NCBI RefSeq assembly: GCF_019464535.1
Contig: NZ_CP080507.1
Span: 4,020,001-4,052,000 of the forward strand
DNA length: 32,000 bases
Origin: Horticoccus luteus
GTDB lineage: Bacteria; Verrucomicrobiota; Verrucomicrobiia; Opitutales; Opitutaceae
Direction: 5' to 3'
The translations under genes were made by a program, and so were the position numbers. The notes below the pieces were generated by a model. It saw only the letters and a program-made list of their open reading frames with translations, was not told where the DNA came from and searched no databases. How positions within the stretch are numbered: the stretch's first letter is position 1; each line of letters begins with the position of its first letter. Below, in pieces: positions 14,313 through 23,348 of this stretch.

Positions 14313-15643
14313 GCCGCGCGCGCGCCGTTTCGATCTTCCGGCCCGCACTCCTGTGCGCGTTGCTGAGCATCGGAGCCGTTGCGCCCGCGCGCGCGGCGAC
14401 GTCTGGCGATGCGTTGCGGGCCGAAATCGCGGCCGCGGCGCCCGGCGCGACCGTGCGGGTGAAGGCAGGGATTTACGACGGGCCGTTCGTCATCGAAAAA
14501 TCCCTGCATTTGCTGGGCGAAAACGGCGCCGTGCTGCGGGGCGACGGCGTGGTCCATGTCATCGCCGTGCAGGCGCGCGACGTGGAAATCGGCGGATTTT
14601 CGATTCGGCGCTCGGGCCGGAATCTCTTCAACGATACCGCCGCGGTTTACATCACGGCGGACCGCGCGTTCATCCACGACAACCGGATTTCCGACATGCT
14701 GCATGGGATTTATGTGCGCAAGGCGCACGATTGCCGCATCCAGCACAATGTGATTCTCGGCGACGGCGCGCGCGATGAAGTCATCGCCGACCCGGTGACG
14801 GCGGGGCTCAGAGCCGCCGATGCCGCCGCCGGTGATTTGTGCAGCGTGCCTGATCCACTCGACCGGCGCGGGAACGGAATTCATCTGTGGAACTCCTCGG
14901 GACATCGCATCAGCGGCAACCGTATCCGCGGCACGCGCGATGGCATCTATTTCTCCTTCACGAACGACACGCTCACCCGCGACAACGACATCGCCCACGT
15001 GCGCTACGGGCTGCATTATATGTATTCGGACGGAAATGTGTTTGAGCGCAATGTCTTCTCCGACAATGCCGCCGGCGCCGCGCTGATGTATTCGAAGCGG
15101 CTCGTGCTGCGCGCGAACCGTTTCGTCGCCAACCGCAGCCATCGCGCCTACGGTTTGCTGCTCCAATCCATCGACGACACGCGAATCGAGAACAACACGA
15201 TCGAGGGCAATACCGTCGGGCTCTTTCTGGAGAACGGGAACGGCGACACGATCCGCGCGAACCGCATCGTGGGAAATTATGTCGGCCTGCGCGTGGACGA
15301 CAGCACCGCCGGCAGCCGGTTTTTTGAAAACAATTTCTCGGGCAACATTCATCCACTGGAGACGAGCGGCAACAATGGCGCGAACCTCTGGGCGGTCGCC
15401 GGGCGCGGGAATCACTGGGATAACGCCGAGTCGCTCGATCTGAATCGCGATGGCGTCGCCGATCTTCCGCATCACGAAGCCGACCTGTTCGGGCCATGGC
15501 GGCGCACGCTGCCGGCCATCGGTTTGCTTTCCGCCAGTCCGGGAGAACGCCTCCTGCGATTCATCCACAGCCGTCTGGCGCTGCCCGGCCTCCCGGGCGC
15601 GACGGACCCTCATCCGCTGGTTGCGGCTCCGATCACTCCATGA
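14309..15643 (+). CDS. nosD: NosD, periplasmic parallel beta-helix copper/sulfide maturation protein
   Basis: 444 aa from ATG 14309 (ATGA overlap with the nosB stop). Signal peptide MSRARAVSIFRPALLCALLSIGAVAPARA. Repetitive ..N.I.GN..GI.. beta-helix turns. Positioned before nosF and nosY. Confidence 0.85.
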   Translation: MSRARAVSIFRPALLCALLSIGAVAPARAATSGDALRAEIAAAAPGATVRVKAGIYDGPFVIEKSLHLLGENGAVLRGDGVVHVIAVQARDVEIGGFSIRRSGRNLFNDTAAVYITADRAFIHDNRISDMLHGIYVRKAHDCRIQHNVILGDGARDEVIADPVTAGLRAADAAAGDLCSVPDPLDRRGNGIHLWNSSGHRISGNRIRGTRDGIYFSFTNDTLTRDNDIAHVRYGLHYMYSDGNVFERNVFSDNAAGAALMYSKRLVLRANRFVANRSHRAYGLLLQSIDDTRIENNTIEGNTVGLFLENGNGDTIRANRIVGNYVGLRVDDSTAGSRFFENNFSGNIHPLETSGNNGANLWAVAGRGNHWDNAESLDLNRDGVADLPHHEADLFGPWRRTLPAIGLLSASPGERLLRFIHSRLALPGLPGATDPHPLVAAPITP

Positions 15644-16353
15644 TTTCCGTCCAAGAGCTAAAGAAGTCGTTTGGCGCGCGCCGCGTGCTCGATGGGCTCA
15701 CGTTTCGCGCCGAAGCCGGGGTAATCACGCTGCTGATCGGCTGTAATGGCGCGGGCAAGACCACCGCGCTGCGCCTGCTCGCCGGCCTGGCGAATCCCGA
15801 AAGCGGCACGATCAACATCGATGGCCACGATCTCGCCACCGACCGCCGCCGCGCGCTCGCCGGGTTGTCGTTTCTTCCGCAGGCGCCGCGCTTTCATCCG
15901 CGGCTCACCACGCGGCAGGTCGCGCACTTTTATGCGCAGTTGCGCGGACGCGAAGCAGTCGCCGCCGAGCGCGAGTTGAGTGCCTGGGGACTCAGCGAAT
16001 TCGCCCGCGTGCCCACGGGAAAACTCTCCGGCGGATTGCGTCAACGCCTCGCCCTCGCGGTGTTCGCACTCGCGGACGCGCCGGTGCTGCTGCTCGATGA
16101 GCCCGGGCTGAGTCTCGACCCCGCGTGGCGCGATCAACTGCAGGAATTTCTCGCGGCGCAGGCCCAAGCCGGGCGCACGATTCTGGTCGCCACTCATCTG
16201 CTCGGCGAGTGGGAAGGCCGCGCCGATCGCTGCCTGCTCCTCGCCGAAGGACGCTACGCGGCAACCGTGCCGCCCGACCAGTTGCGCGACGTGTTCCGGC
16301 GCAAGGACGCGCCAGCCAGCCAATGGGCCAACGCGGAGGCTGCAGTGCGATGA
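15640..16353 (+). CDS. nosF: NosF, ABC transporter ATPase
   Basis: 237 aa from ATG 15640 (ATGA overlap with the nosD stop). Walker A GCNGAGKTT, signature LSGGLRQR, Walker B LLLDEP. Confidence 0.9.
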   Translation: MISVQELKKSFGARRVLDGLTFRAEAGVITLLIGCNGAGKTTALRLLAGLANPESGTINIDGHDLATDRRRALAGLSFLPQAPRFHPRLTTRQVAHFYAQLRGREAVAAERELSAWGLSEFARVPTGKLSGGLRQRLALAVFALADAPVLLLDEPGLSLDPAWRDQLQEFLAAQAQAGRTILVATHLLGEWEGRADRCLLLAEGRYAATVPPDQLRDVFRRKDAPASQWANAEAAVR

Positions 16354-17159
16354 AATCCCCCGTCATCCCTTCTTTTGTCACGGTGGCGCGAGCCGCCGCC
16401 GGTCGCGAATTTTTGAGCCATCGCCTCAACCGGTTTCTTTATGCGCACGTGCTGCTCGTGTTGACTGCAGGTTTGCTGCCGTTGCTCACGCCGGGAGACG
16501 CTCTCGCGCGCGGAGCCGCGTGGTGGCTGCTGCATGCGGTGCTCTACGCGATTTCACTTTCCGCGCTGCTGCTTGGGCTCAGCTCGGCGCACGCCGAGAC
16601 CGATGAGTTCACGTGGTTGCTGGGGCAACCCGCCGGCATCGGGCCATGGCTCGCGGGCAAAGCGGCGGCGCTCATCGTGCTCGTCGCCGGCTCCACGGCG
16701 TTGCTGGGTGTGCCGACCTGGTGCGCGGGCGGCGGCTCGCGGGAATTGTTTCTCGTGACGGCGGGCGCCGCAGGCGTGAGCGCGGTGTGCGCGATGGCCG
16801 GCCTGGTTGTAGGCTGCTGGATTCGCGATCACGTGCCGGGGCTGATCGCCGCCGTCGCCGTGTGGTTCGTGCTCCTGTTTGGCGCCGATTTTTTACTCCT
16901 CGCCGTGGCGGGCGGAGAACTGACCCAGGCACATCCCGACGTCTGGGTCGGCGTGTTGATGATGAATCCGCTCGATGCCTTTCGCGTCACCGTGCTGTTC
17001 ACCGTCGAGCGCGCGGCGTTCAGCGGCATCGATGCCGGCCAGCTCACCGCTTGGTGGGTCACGCACGCGCTGGCGTGGCTCGTGACGATTCTCACCGCGT
17101 GGATCGCGGGCGCCGGCGCGTGCGCTTGGCTCGGCGCACGCCGCCGGTCTGATGGATAA
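16350..17159 (+). CDS. nosY: NosY, ABC-2 type membrane permease
   Basis: 269 aa from ATG 16350 (ATGA overlap with the nosF stop). Six hydrophobic segments and an MNPLDAFR motif. Positioned after nosF. Confidence 0.85.
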   Translation: MKSPVIPSFVTVARAAAGREFLSHRLNRFLYAHVLLVLTAGLLPLLTPGDALARGAAWWLLHAVLYAISLSALLLGLSSAHAETDEFTWLLGQPAGIGPWLAGKAAALIVLVAGSTALLGVPTWCAGGGSRELFLVTAGAAGVSAVCAMAGLVVGCWIRDHVPGLIAAVAVWFVLLFGADFLLLAVAGGELTQAHPDVWVGVLMMNPLDAFRVTVLFTVERAAFSGIDAGQLTAWWVTHALAWLVTILTAWIAGAGACAWLGARRRSDG

Positions 17160-17191
17160 ACGCGCGACGAACCGCCGCGCGGGCCGCCGCG

Positions 17192-18172
17192 TTAGTTGGC
17201 CGCCTTTATCAGATCGTCGACGGAATCACTCTCGGCGACGACGTCGGCAAACAACCAGGACGACAAATACCGTTCGCTGCTGGACGGGATGATGACCACG
17301 ATCTGTTTGCCTTCGTTCTCGGGACGGCGCGCGAGTTGGAGCGCGGCCCAGACGGCGGCGCCGGCGGAGATGCCGATCGGGATGCCGTCGAGCTGGTTGA
17401 CCTGCTTGCTCACCGGTCCGGAATCCTTGTCGTTCACCCGGATGACCTCGTCGTAAATCTTCGTGTTTAAGACCTGCGGCACGAAGCCCGCGCCGAGGCC
17501 CTGCAATTTGTGCGGCCCGGGCTGGCCGCCCGACAACACCGCGGAGGTATCAGGCTCGACCGCCACGATGCGCACGGCCGGTTTCCGCGCCTTTAACACT
17601 TCGCCCACGCCGGTGATCGTGCCGCCCGTGCCGATGCCGGAGACCACAAAATCCACCTTCCCGTCGGTATCGCGCCAGATTTCCTCCGCCGTGGTTTTGC
17701 GGTGAATCGCGGGATTCGCAGGATTGGCGAATTGTTGAAGGATGACGCTGTTGGGAATTTTCGCCGCGAGTTCCTCGGCCTTGGCCATCGAGCCCTTGAT
17801 GCCTTTGGCCGCTTCCGTGAGCACGAGTCGTGCGCCGAGAACCTTGAGCATTTTGCGGCGCTCGACCGACATCGACTCCGGCATTGTCAGGATGAGTTTC
17901 AGCCCTTTCGCCGCCGCCACGAAGGCGAGAGCGATGCCGGTGTTGCCGCTGGTCGGCTCGATGAGCACGGTGTCCGCGTTGATTTTTCCGCTGCTCAAAG
18001 CCTCCTCGATCATGGCGACGCCGATGCGATCTTTGACGCTCGAAAGCGGATTGAAGAACTCGAGCTTTAACAGGATCTCGGCTTTGGCGCCATGGGCGGC
18101 GGCCGTGCGATTGAGGCGCACGAGCGGAGTGTTGCCGATCGTTTCGGTGATATTGTTATAGATCTTGGACAT
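17192..18172 (-). CDS. cysK: cysteine synthase A (O-acetylserine sulfhydrylase)
   Basis: 326 aa. [14 protein letters not shown], the PLP-lysine block [23 protein letters not shown] and [10 protein letters not shown]. Confidence 0.9.
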   Translation of the reverse strand: MSKIYNNITETIGNTPLVRLNRTAAAHGAKAEILLKLEFFNPLSSVKDRIGVAMIEEALSSGKINADTVLIEPTSGNTGIALAFVAAAKGLKLILTMPESMSVERRKMLKVLGARLVLTEAAKGIKGSMAKAEELAAKIPNSVILQQFANPANPAIHRKTTAEEIWRDTDGKVDFVVSGIGTGGTITGVGEVLKARKPAVRIVAVEPDTSAVLSGGQPGPHKLQGLGAGFVPQVLNTKIYDEVIRVNDKDSGPVSKQVNQLDGIPIGISAGAAVWAALQLARRPENEGKQIVVIIPSSSERYLSSWLFADVVAESDSVDDLIKAAN

Positions 18173-18195
18173 AAAAAAAGGCGGCGCGGGGCTGC

Positions 18196-18630
18196 TCAGT
18201 TTTCCACCTGCGCCTGCACGTCGTGAATGGAGCGGAGCAATTCGTGCAAGGTGGGCCCAAACTGCCGCAACTCGGCGAGATGGATGGCGGACAAGCGTTC
18301 AATGACCTTCTCGCCTTCACGGGTAAGATGCAGTTCCACTTGGCGCCGGTCATGCGAGGAGGGTTCGCGCCGCAAAAGGCGCCGTCGCACCAGCCGGTCG
18401 ACCAGCCCCACAGCGCTGTGATGCCGAAGCTGCAGACGCTCCGCCAGTTCCGCAATGGAAGCGAAGTCGCGACCCGGCACGCCCTTGATCGCCAGCAACG
18501 CTTGATGCTGCTGCGCGGTGAGCCCGGCTTTGCGCGCGGCATCGCGGCTGAAGTTCATGAACTGTCGCAACGTGTGACGAATCGCGGCCAGCGATTCGTA
18601 GTGGGTCTTGGTGAGGCGGAGCGACGACAC
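18196..18630 (-). CDS. MarR-family transcriptional regulator
   Basis: Winged-helix region [14 protein letters not shown]...[50 protein letters not shown]. The start is uncertain: GTG 18630 (144 aa, preferred) or GTG 18660 as in the track. The latter would bury the inverted repeat in coding sequence. Confidence 0.7.
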   Translation of the reverse strand: MSSLRLTKTHYESLAAIRHTLRQFMNFSRDAARKAGLTAQQHQALLAIKGVPGRDFASIAELAERLQLRHHSAVGLVDRLVRRRLLRREPSSHDRRQVELHLTREGEKVIERLSAIHLAELRQFGPTLHELLRSIHDVQAQVEN

Positions 18631-18643
18631 GGCAAGGATTAGA

Positions 18644-18671
18644 ATTGCATTGTATCGCACTACGATGCAAT
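18644..18671. promoter_or_regulatory. inverted repeat ATTGCAT-N14-ATGCAAT in the MarR/ClC divergent region
   Basis: Perfect 7-bp arms in an AT-rich patch 18 nt upstream of the ClC ATG (18689). Plausible MarR operator. Confidence 0.4.
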
Positions 18672-18688
18672 CTTGAAACCTCTATTTT

Positions 18689-20503
18689 ATGGATCAGCCT
18701 GCCTCCGCGACCGCACCCATCCACTCCTCCGGCCACGTCAGCCGCGGCCTCCTCTCGGACTTCACCACCGACCGACGCGTGTTGTTATTGAGCGCCCTCG
18801 CGGTGCCGATCGGCTGCATCGCCGCGCTCGTCGCGAAAGCGCTGATTTGGTTGATCGCGGTGATCACGAACGCCGCGTTTTTCCTGAAATTCTCCACTGC
18901 GACGAGCACGCTGGCGGGCCACCACTTCGGCTGGTGGGGCGTGGTAGTCCCGGTTATCGGCGGACTCATCGTCGGTCTGATCGCGCGCTACGGCACCGAC
19001 AAGATCCGCGGGCACGGCATCCCCGAGGCGTTGGAAGCGATTCTGCTGGGGCGCAGCTTGATGAATCCGAAGGTCGCGGTGCTGAAACCGATCTCGTCGG
19101 CCATCTGCATCGGCACCGGCGGACCGTTTGGCGCGGAGGGCCCGATCATTGTCACGGGCGGCGCGTTCGGCTCGCTCTTCGCGCAACTTTTTCACCTGAC
19201 CTCCGCGGAACGCAAAACCCTGCTCGTCGCGGGCGCCGCGGCCGGCATGGCGGCGATTTTTGCCACGCCGATCGCGGCCGTGTTGCTGGCGGTCGAGCTC
19301 CTGTTGTTTGAGTGGAAACCACGCAGCTTCATTCCGGTGACCGTCGCCGCCATCGTGGCCTCCGCGATGCGCGTGCCGCTCCTCGGCGACCCGCCGATCT
19401 TCGCCGTGACGCCGCATGCGCTCCTCGATCCCAAGATGCTGGCGATCGCGGTGCTGATCGGCGTTTGCATCGGCTTTGCCTCGGGTCTGCTGACGATGCT
19501 CGTGTATGCGTGCGAAGACGGTTTCGCGAAACTCTCGATCCACTGGATGTGGTGGCCGGCCATCGGCGGAATTTTCGTCGGCCTCGGCGGGTTGATTGAT
19601 TCGCGGGTGCTGGGCGTGGGCTACGGCACCATTCACAGTTTGATGCGGGGCGAGGTGATCGGCGCGGCGCTTGTGGGGCTCATTCTCGCGAAGGGCATCG
19701 TGTGGGCCATCGCGTTGGGCTCGGGCACGTCCGGCGGCATTCTGGCGCCTTTGCTCATGATCGGCGGAGCGATCGGCGCATTCCTGGGCAGCATCGTAGG
19801 CGCGGGCGACATCGGCTTGTGGGCGATGATCGGCATGGCGGCGATGATGGGCGGCACGATGGGCGCGCCCTTGACCGGCACGATCTTCGTCCTGGAACTG
19901 ACTTACGATCTTACCACCCTGCCCGCCTTGCTCGTCGCGACCGTGGCGTCGTTGTGCGTCACAGTCCTTTTGCTGCGTCGCTCGGTGCTGACGGAAAAAC
20001 TCGCGCGCCGCGGTCAGCACATCACGCGCGAATACACGGTGGATGTTTTCACGCTCATGCGGGTCGGCGAAGTGATGGATCGGAAACCGCCGGTGGTGAA
20101 CGCCGACACGACCGTCGCGCAACTCTCCCAACTGATCGCCCAACCAAGCTCTCCCATCGGCCACCGGCAGGCGACGCTGATCGAACACGATGGCGCGCTG
20201 GCGGGCATCGTGACGCGCGGCGATTTGCTGCGCGCGCAACAGGCCGACAAGTCGGGCGCGATGACGGTGTTGCGCGCCGGCACGTCGGATCCGGTGACCG
20301 TTTTCGCCGATCAAACGCTCGACGACGCCATGGAAAAGATGCTGCAGCGCGGCGTGGGCCGCCTGCCGGTCGTGGACCGAGATAATCCCGGCAAAATCGT
20401 CGGCTATCTCGGGCGCGCCGAAATTCTCGCCTCGCGCATGCGCCAGCACGAAGAAGAGCAGCGCCGTGAACGCGGCCTCTCGTTTTCGCGGCATTCGCGG
20501 TAA
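18689..20503 (+). CDS. ClC-family anion channel/antiporter with C-terminal CBS pair
   Basis: 604 aa. ClC motifs GHGIPEALEAIL, GTGGPFGAEGPII and GTSGGILAPLL, with about 10-12 TM helices. The C-terminal ~150 aa have tandem CBS-like repeats (V..VM...PPVV...; GIVTRGDLL; GRLPVVD...GKIVGYLGRAEIL). Confidence 0.85.
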   Translation: MDQPASATAPIHSSGHVSRGLLSDFTTDRRVLLLSALAVPIGCIAALVAKALIWLIAVITNAAFFLKFSTATSTLAGHHFGWWGVVVPVIGGLIVGLIARYGTDKIRGHGIPEALEAILLGRSLMNPKVAVLKPISSAICIGTGGPFGAEGPIIVTGGAFGSLFAQLFHLTSAERKTLLVAGAAAGMAAIFATPIAAVLLAVELLLFEWKPRSFIPVTVAAIVASAMRVPLLGDPPIFAVTPHALLDPKMLAIAVLIGVCIGFASGLLTMLVYACEDGFAKLSIHWMWWPAIGGIFVGLGGLIDSRVLGVGYGTIHSLMRGEVIGAALVGLILAKGIVWAIALGSGTSGGILAPLLMIGGAIGAFLGSIVGAGDIGLWAMIGMAAMMGGTMGAPLTGTIFVLELTYDLTTLPALLVATVASLCVTVLLLRRSVLTEKLARRGQHITREYTVDVFTLMRVGEVMDRKPPVVNADTTVAQLSQLIAQPSSPIGHRQATLIEHDGALAGIVTRGDLLRAQQADKSGAMTVLRAGTSDPVTVFADQTLDDAMEKMLQRGVGRLPVVDRDNPGKIVGYLGRAEILASRMRQHEEEQRRERGLSFSRHSR

Positions 20504-20726
20504 GCACGCCGGCCGGCGGTGAGCACGCGCTCCCGCCCCGCTTCAGCTGCGCGTGCGGCGCATGGGTTGACGCGCGCTGGACGCGGCGGACGGCGTTTGC
20601 TCGCACGGCAGCGGCGTCGGCGGACGCGCGCTAATTTGTCGGCGGGATTTTTCGGACCTTGATGCAAGTCATGGTTTGCGCAGGCCGTCCGGGAGTAGCC
20701 TTCGAGGCGAACCTCGCCCCGCAACC

Positions 20727-23204
20727 ATGACCACGGCCACCGCATTTCCACGTTCATCCAATCGCATCTTTAACACGCTCAACGTCCCCTCGGCGCATCT
20801 GGTGGCCAAACGCGATGGCTCCACGGTGGCGTGGGATACGGGCAAGGTCGCGCGGGCGATTGCGCTGGCGTTTTACGACGTGGCCCACGGTGGCGCGACC
20901 AATCCTCATCGCGACGAAGTCGGCGCGCGCTACGGTCTGGATGTGGCGACGTTTGGCCGGGCGCACACGATCGCCGGCCGCGTCGAACACATGGCCGAGC
21001 TGTTTTATCGCGCCGGCCGCCGGCCGAGCATCGAGCAAATCCAGGATCTGGTGGAGAAGGCCATCGCCGCGGAAGGCGAATGGGAGGTCGCGCGCAGCTA
21101 CATCGTTTACCGCGAACGCCAGCGTCAGCACCGGCTCAAGGCGCACGGCGAAAACGGCCTGAGCGACTATATCGCGATGGCCAAATACGCGCGCTATCGG
21201 CCCGACCTCGGCCGGCGAGAGATTTTTCCCGAGGCCGTCGCGCGCGTGGCGGAGATGCACCGGAATTTTTTCGCCGGCCGCATCGACGAACCCGTCATCG
21301 CACGAATGGAAAATCTGCCCGCCGAAGACGCGGCCCGGCTCGCCGAATGGCTGACCAACGGTTCGCTGGGCGCGGCCATCGGCCACGCGTTTGCGGCCGT
21401 GGCGGAAAAGCGCGTGCTGCCGTCCATGCGCTCGCTGCAATTCGGCGGCGCCGCGGTGCTCGATAACCACGCGCGGCTGTTCAACTGCTCGTTCAGCCTG
21501 GTGGATCGCGTGGAGTTTTTCCGCGAGTATTTCTTTTTGCTGCTCGCCGGCACGGGCTGCGGCTTTTCGGTGCAGCGCCATCACGTGGATCTGCTGCCCG
21601 CCCTGCCGGTGCGCGGCGAAGAAATGGAGCTCACCGTCCGGCACCACGACGTGGGCGACACCATCGAGGGCTGGGCCGACGCGTTGCACGAGCTCTTCCG
21701 CAGTCATCTCGACGGCTACAAAGCGGAATTCAACTACGCGCAAATCCGGCCGCGCGGCGCACCGCTCGTCACGGCGGGCGGCAAGGCGCCCGGACACCTG
21801 CCGTTGAAGAACGCCCTCAACCGCGTCGATGCGATCCTGACGGCCGCCGCGGGGCGCAAGCTGCGCCCGATCGAGGTTTACGACATCTGCATGTTTGTCG
21901 CGCGAGCGGTGCTCAGCGGCGGCATCCGGCGTTCGGCGACAATCTGCCTCTTCTCGCCCGACGATGAGGAAATGATGACGGCGAAGACGGGAAACTGGTT
22001 CGAACACAATCCGCAGCGGTCGGCCTCGAACAACTCCGCGGTGGTGCCGCGCAAGAGCGAGGACGCGACGCAGTTTCGCCGGTTGTTCAACGCGCAAAAG
22101 GAATTCGGCGAGCCGGGCTTCTATTTCTCCGACCATCCCGATCACGGCTGCAACCCGTGCTGCGAAATCGGTCTGCACCCGGTGATCGAAGGACCACTCG
22201 GCGAGACGGACGCCGCGGATATGCGCCGGCTCGGCTACACGGGGCCGGTGGACGGTTCGGTGCGGCTCAGCGGCTGGCAGATGTGCAATCTCAGCACGAT
22301 CAACGGCGCGGCGCTGCGGTCGGCGGATGACTTTTATGTCGCGTGCATTCACGCCGCCGTGATCGGCACGCTGCAGGCGGCTTACACCGACATGCCCTAC
22401 CTCGGGCCGGTCACGCGCTGGCTCAACGAACACGACGCGCTCCTCGGCGTGTCGATCTGCGGGTTCATGGATAATCCCGAAATCCTGTTTGATCCGGCGG
22501 TGTTGGAGCGCGGCGCATCGCTCTGCCGCGCGGCTAATGCCGCCGTCGCCGCCACGCTCGGAATCAAACCTGCGGCGCGGGTGACCTGCGTGAAACCCGA
22601 AGGCACTGCGTCGCTCCTGCTGGGCGCTGCGTCGGGCATCCATCCGCACCATGCGCGGCACTATTTCCGCCGCGTGCAGGCCAATCGCCACGACTCGATC
22701 TTCCGGCACTTCAAGGCCGCCAACCCCCATCTCACCGAGCGGTCGGTCTACCGGCCCGACACGGATGACGTGCTGACGTTCGCGGTCGAAGCGCCCGAGC
22801 ACGCGATCCTGCGCGAGGAGGTCGACGCGGTCGGTTTCCTGCGGTTCGTGGAGCTCGTGCAACGCCACTGGGTGCGCGCCGGCGGCGCCCCGGTCACGCG
22901 TTCGCCCGGTCTGCATCACAACGTTTCCAACACCTGCACCGTGAAGCCGGATGAGTGGGAAGACGTGGCGGACTTCATCTGGGAGCACCGCGAGAGTTTC
23001 ACCGGCGTGGCGCTTCTCGCCGAAGACGGCGACAAACGCTACGCCCAGGCGCCGCGCGAAGCGGTGGCGACAGAGGAGGACATTTTGAAATGGAACCGGT
23101 TGAGTTATCGGCCGGTGGATTATACGACGCTGCGCGAGCACACCGACGAAACCGCGCTCAAGGAAACCGCCGCGTGCGCGGGCGGCGCTTGTGAACTCAC
23201 GTGA
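20727..23204 (+). CDS. nrdJ: adenosylcobalamin-dependent (class II) ribonucleotide reductase, RTPR-like core with N-terminal ATP-cone
   Basis: 825 aa from ATG 20727. ATP-cone-like N-terminus (VAKRDGSTVAWDTGKVARAIALAF...IEQIQDLVEKAI...ARSYIVYRERQ). Blocks resemble the L. leichmannii RTPR as I remember it (YARYRPDLGRRE, GTGCGFSV, IRPRGAPL..GGKAPG, SASNNSAV). Thiyl-loop NPCCE at 22152-22166, CNLSTIN Cys at 22284-22286, and a C-terminal redox pair CAGGAC. Confidence 0.8.
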   Translation: MTTATAFPRSSNRIFNTLNVPSAHLVAKRDGSTVAWDTGKVARAIALAFYDVAHGGATNPHRDEVGARYGLDVATFGRAHTIAGRVEHMAELFYRAGRRPSIEQIQDLVEKAIAAEGEWEVARSYIVYRERQRQHRLKAHGENGLSDYIAMAKYARYRPDLGRREIFPEAVARVAEMHRNFFAGRIDEPVIARMENLPAEDAARLAEWLTNGSLGAAIGHAFAAVAEKRVLPSMRSLQFGGAAVLDNHARLFNCSFSLVDRVEFFREYFFLLLAGTGCGFSVQRHHVDLLPALPVRGEEMELTVRHHDVGDTIEGWADALHELFRSHLDGYKAEFNYAQIRPRGAPLVTAGGKAPGHLPLKNALNRVDAILTAAAGRKLRPIEVYDICMFVARAVLSGGIRRSATICLFSPDDEEMMTAKTGNWFEHNPQRSASNNSAVVPRKSEDATQFRRLFNAQKEFGEPGFYFSDHPDHGCNPCCEIGLHPVIEGPLGETDAADMRRLGYTGPVDGSVRLSGWQMCNLSTINGAALRSADDFYVACIHAAVIGTLQAAYTDMPYLGPVTRWLNEHDALLGVSICGFMDNPEILFDPAVLERGASLCRAANAAVAATLGIKPAARVTCVKPEGTASLLLGAASGIHPHHARHYFRRVQANRHDSIFRHFKAANPHLTERSVYRPDTDDVLTFAVEAPEHAILREEVDAVGFLRFVELVQRHWVRAGGAPVTRSPGLHHNVSNTCTVKPDEWEDVADFIWEHRESFTGVALLAEDGDKRYAQAPREAVATEEDILKWNRLSYRPVDYTTLREHTDETALKETAACAGGACELT

Positions 23205-23348
23205 GGCGCGCGGCGCGTCGTGGCCGCCCGGCGGCGCTCAACGTCGGCCGGGCGCCGGCGGAGATCATGCGCCTGCCCCGCGGCGACTGGCTGCGCAGCG
23301 CTTTGACGAAACGCCGGTGAGTGGTCGGCGTGCGCCGGGTGGCGCGGA

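Noticed and set aside
12222-15613. Minus-strand ORFs 12222-13682 (486 aa) and 14297-15613 (438 aa), opposite nosZ and nosD
   Set aside because: They are antisense shadows. The nosZ frame contains every CuA and CuZ ligand block and nosD has its beta-helix repeats, while the antisense translations are Arg/His/Asp-rich.
17160-17191. Possible bidirectional terminator between the convergent nosY and cysK genes
   Set aside because: It offers only a 5-bp GCGCG/CGCGC stem and a direct repeat of CCGCCGCG. There is no convincing hairpin and no T/A tracts on either strand.
20507-20518. Self-complementary CGCCGGCCGGCG just after the ClC stop codon
   Set aside because: It would form at most a 4-bp stem with a 4-nt loop and has no U-tract, so it is not a credible terminator.
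20659-20672. 8/10 FNR-like sites TTGATgcaaGTCAT (upstream of nrdJ) and TTGATcgatGTCAC (4321-4334, upstream of nagB)
   Set aside because: My rough estimate is that 8/10 matches to a 10-position motif occur several times per 32 kb by chance. They are mentioned under findings as weak leads and are not annotated as features.
18785-23141. Minus-strand ORFs 18785-20494 (569 aa) and 20754-23141 (795 aa), opposite the ClC and nrdJ genes
   Set aside because: Despite their length they lack motifs and are extremely Arg/His/Asp/Gln-rich. The plus-strand frames carry the ClC/CBS and RNR signatures.
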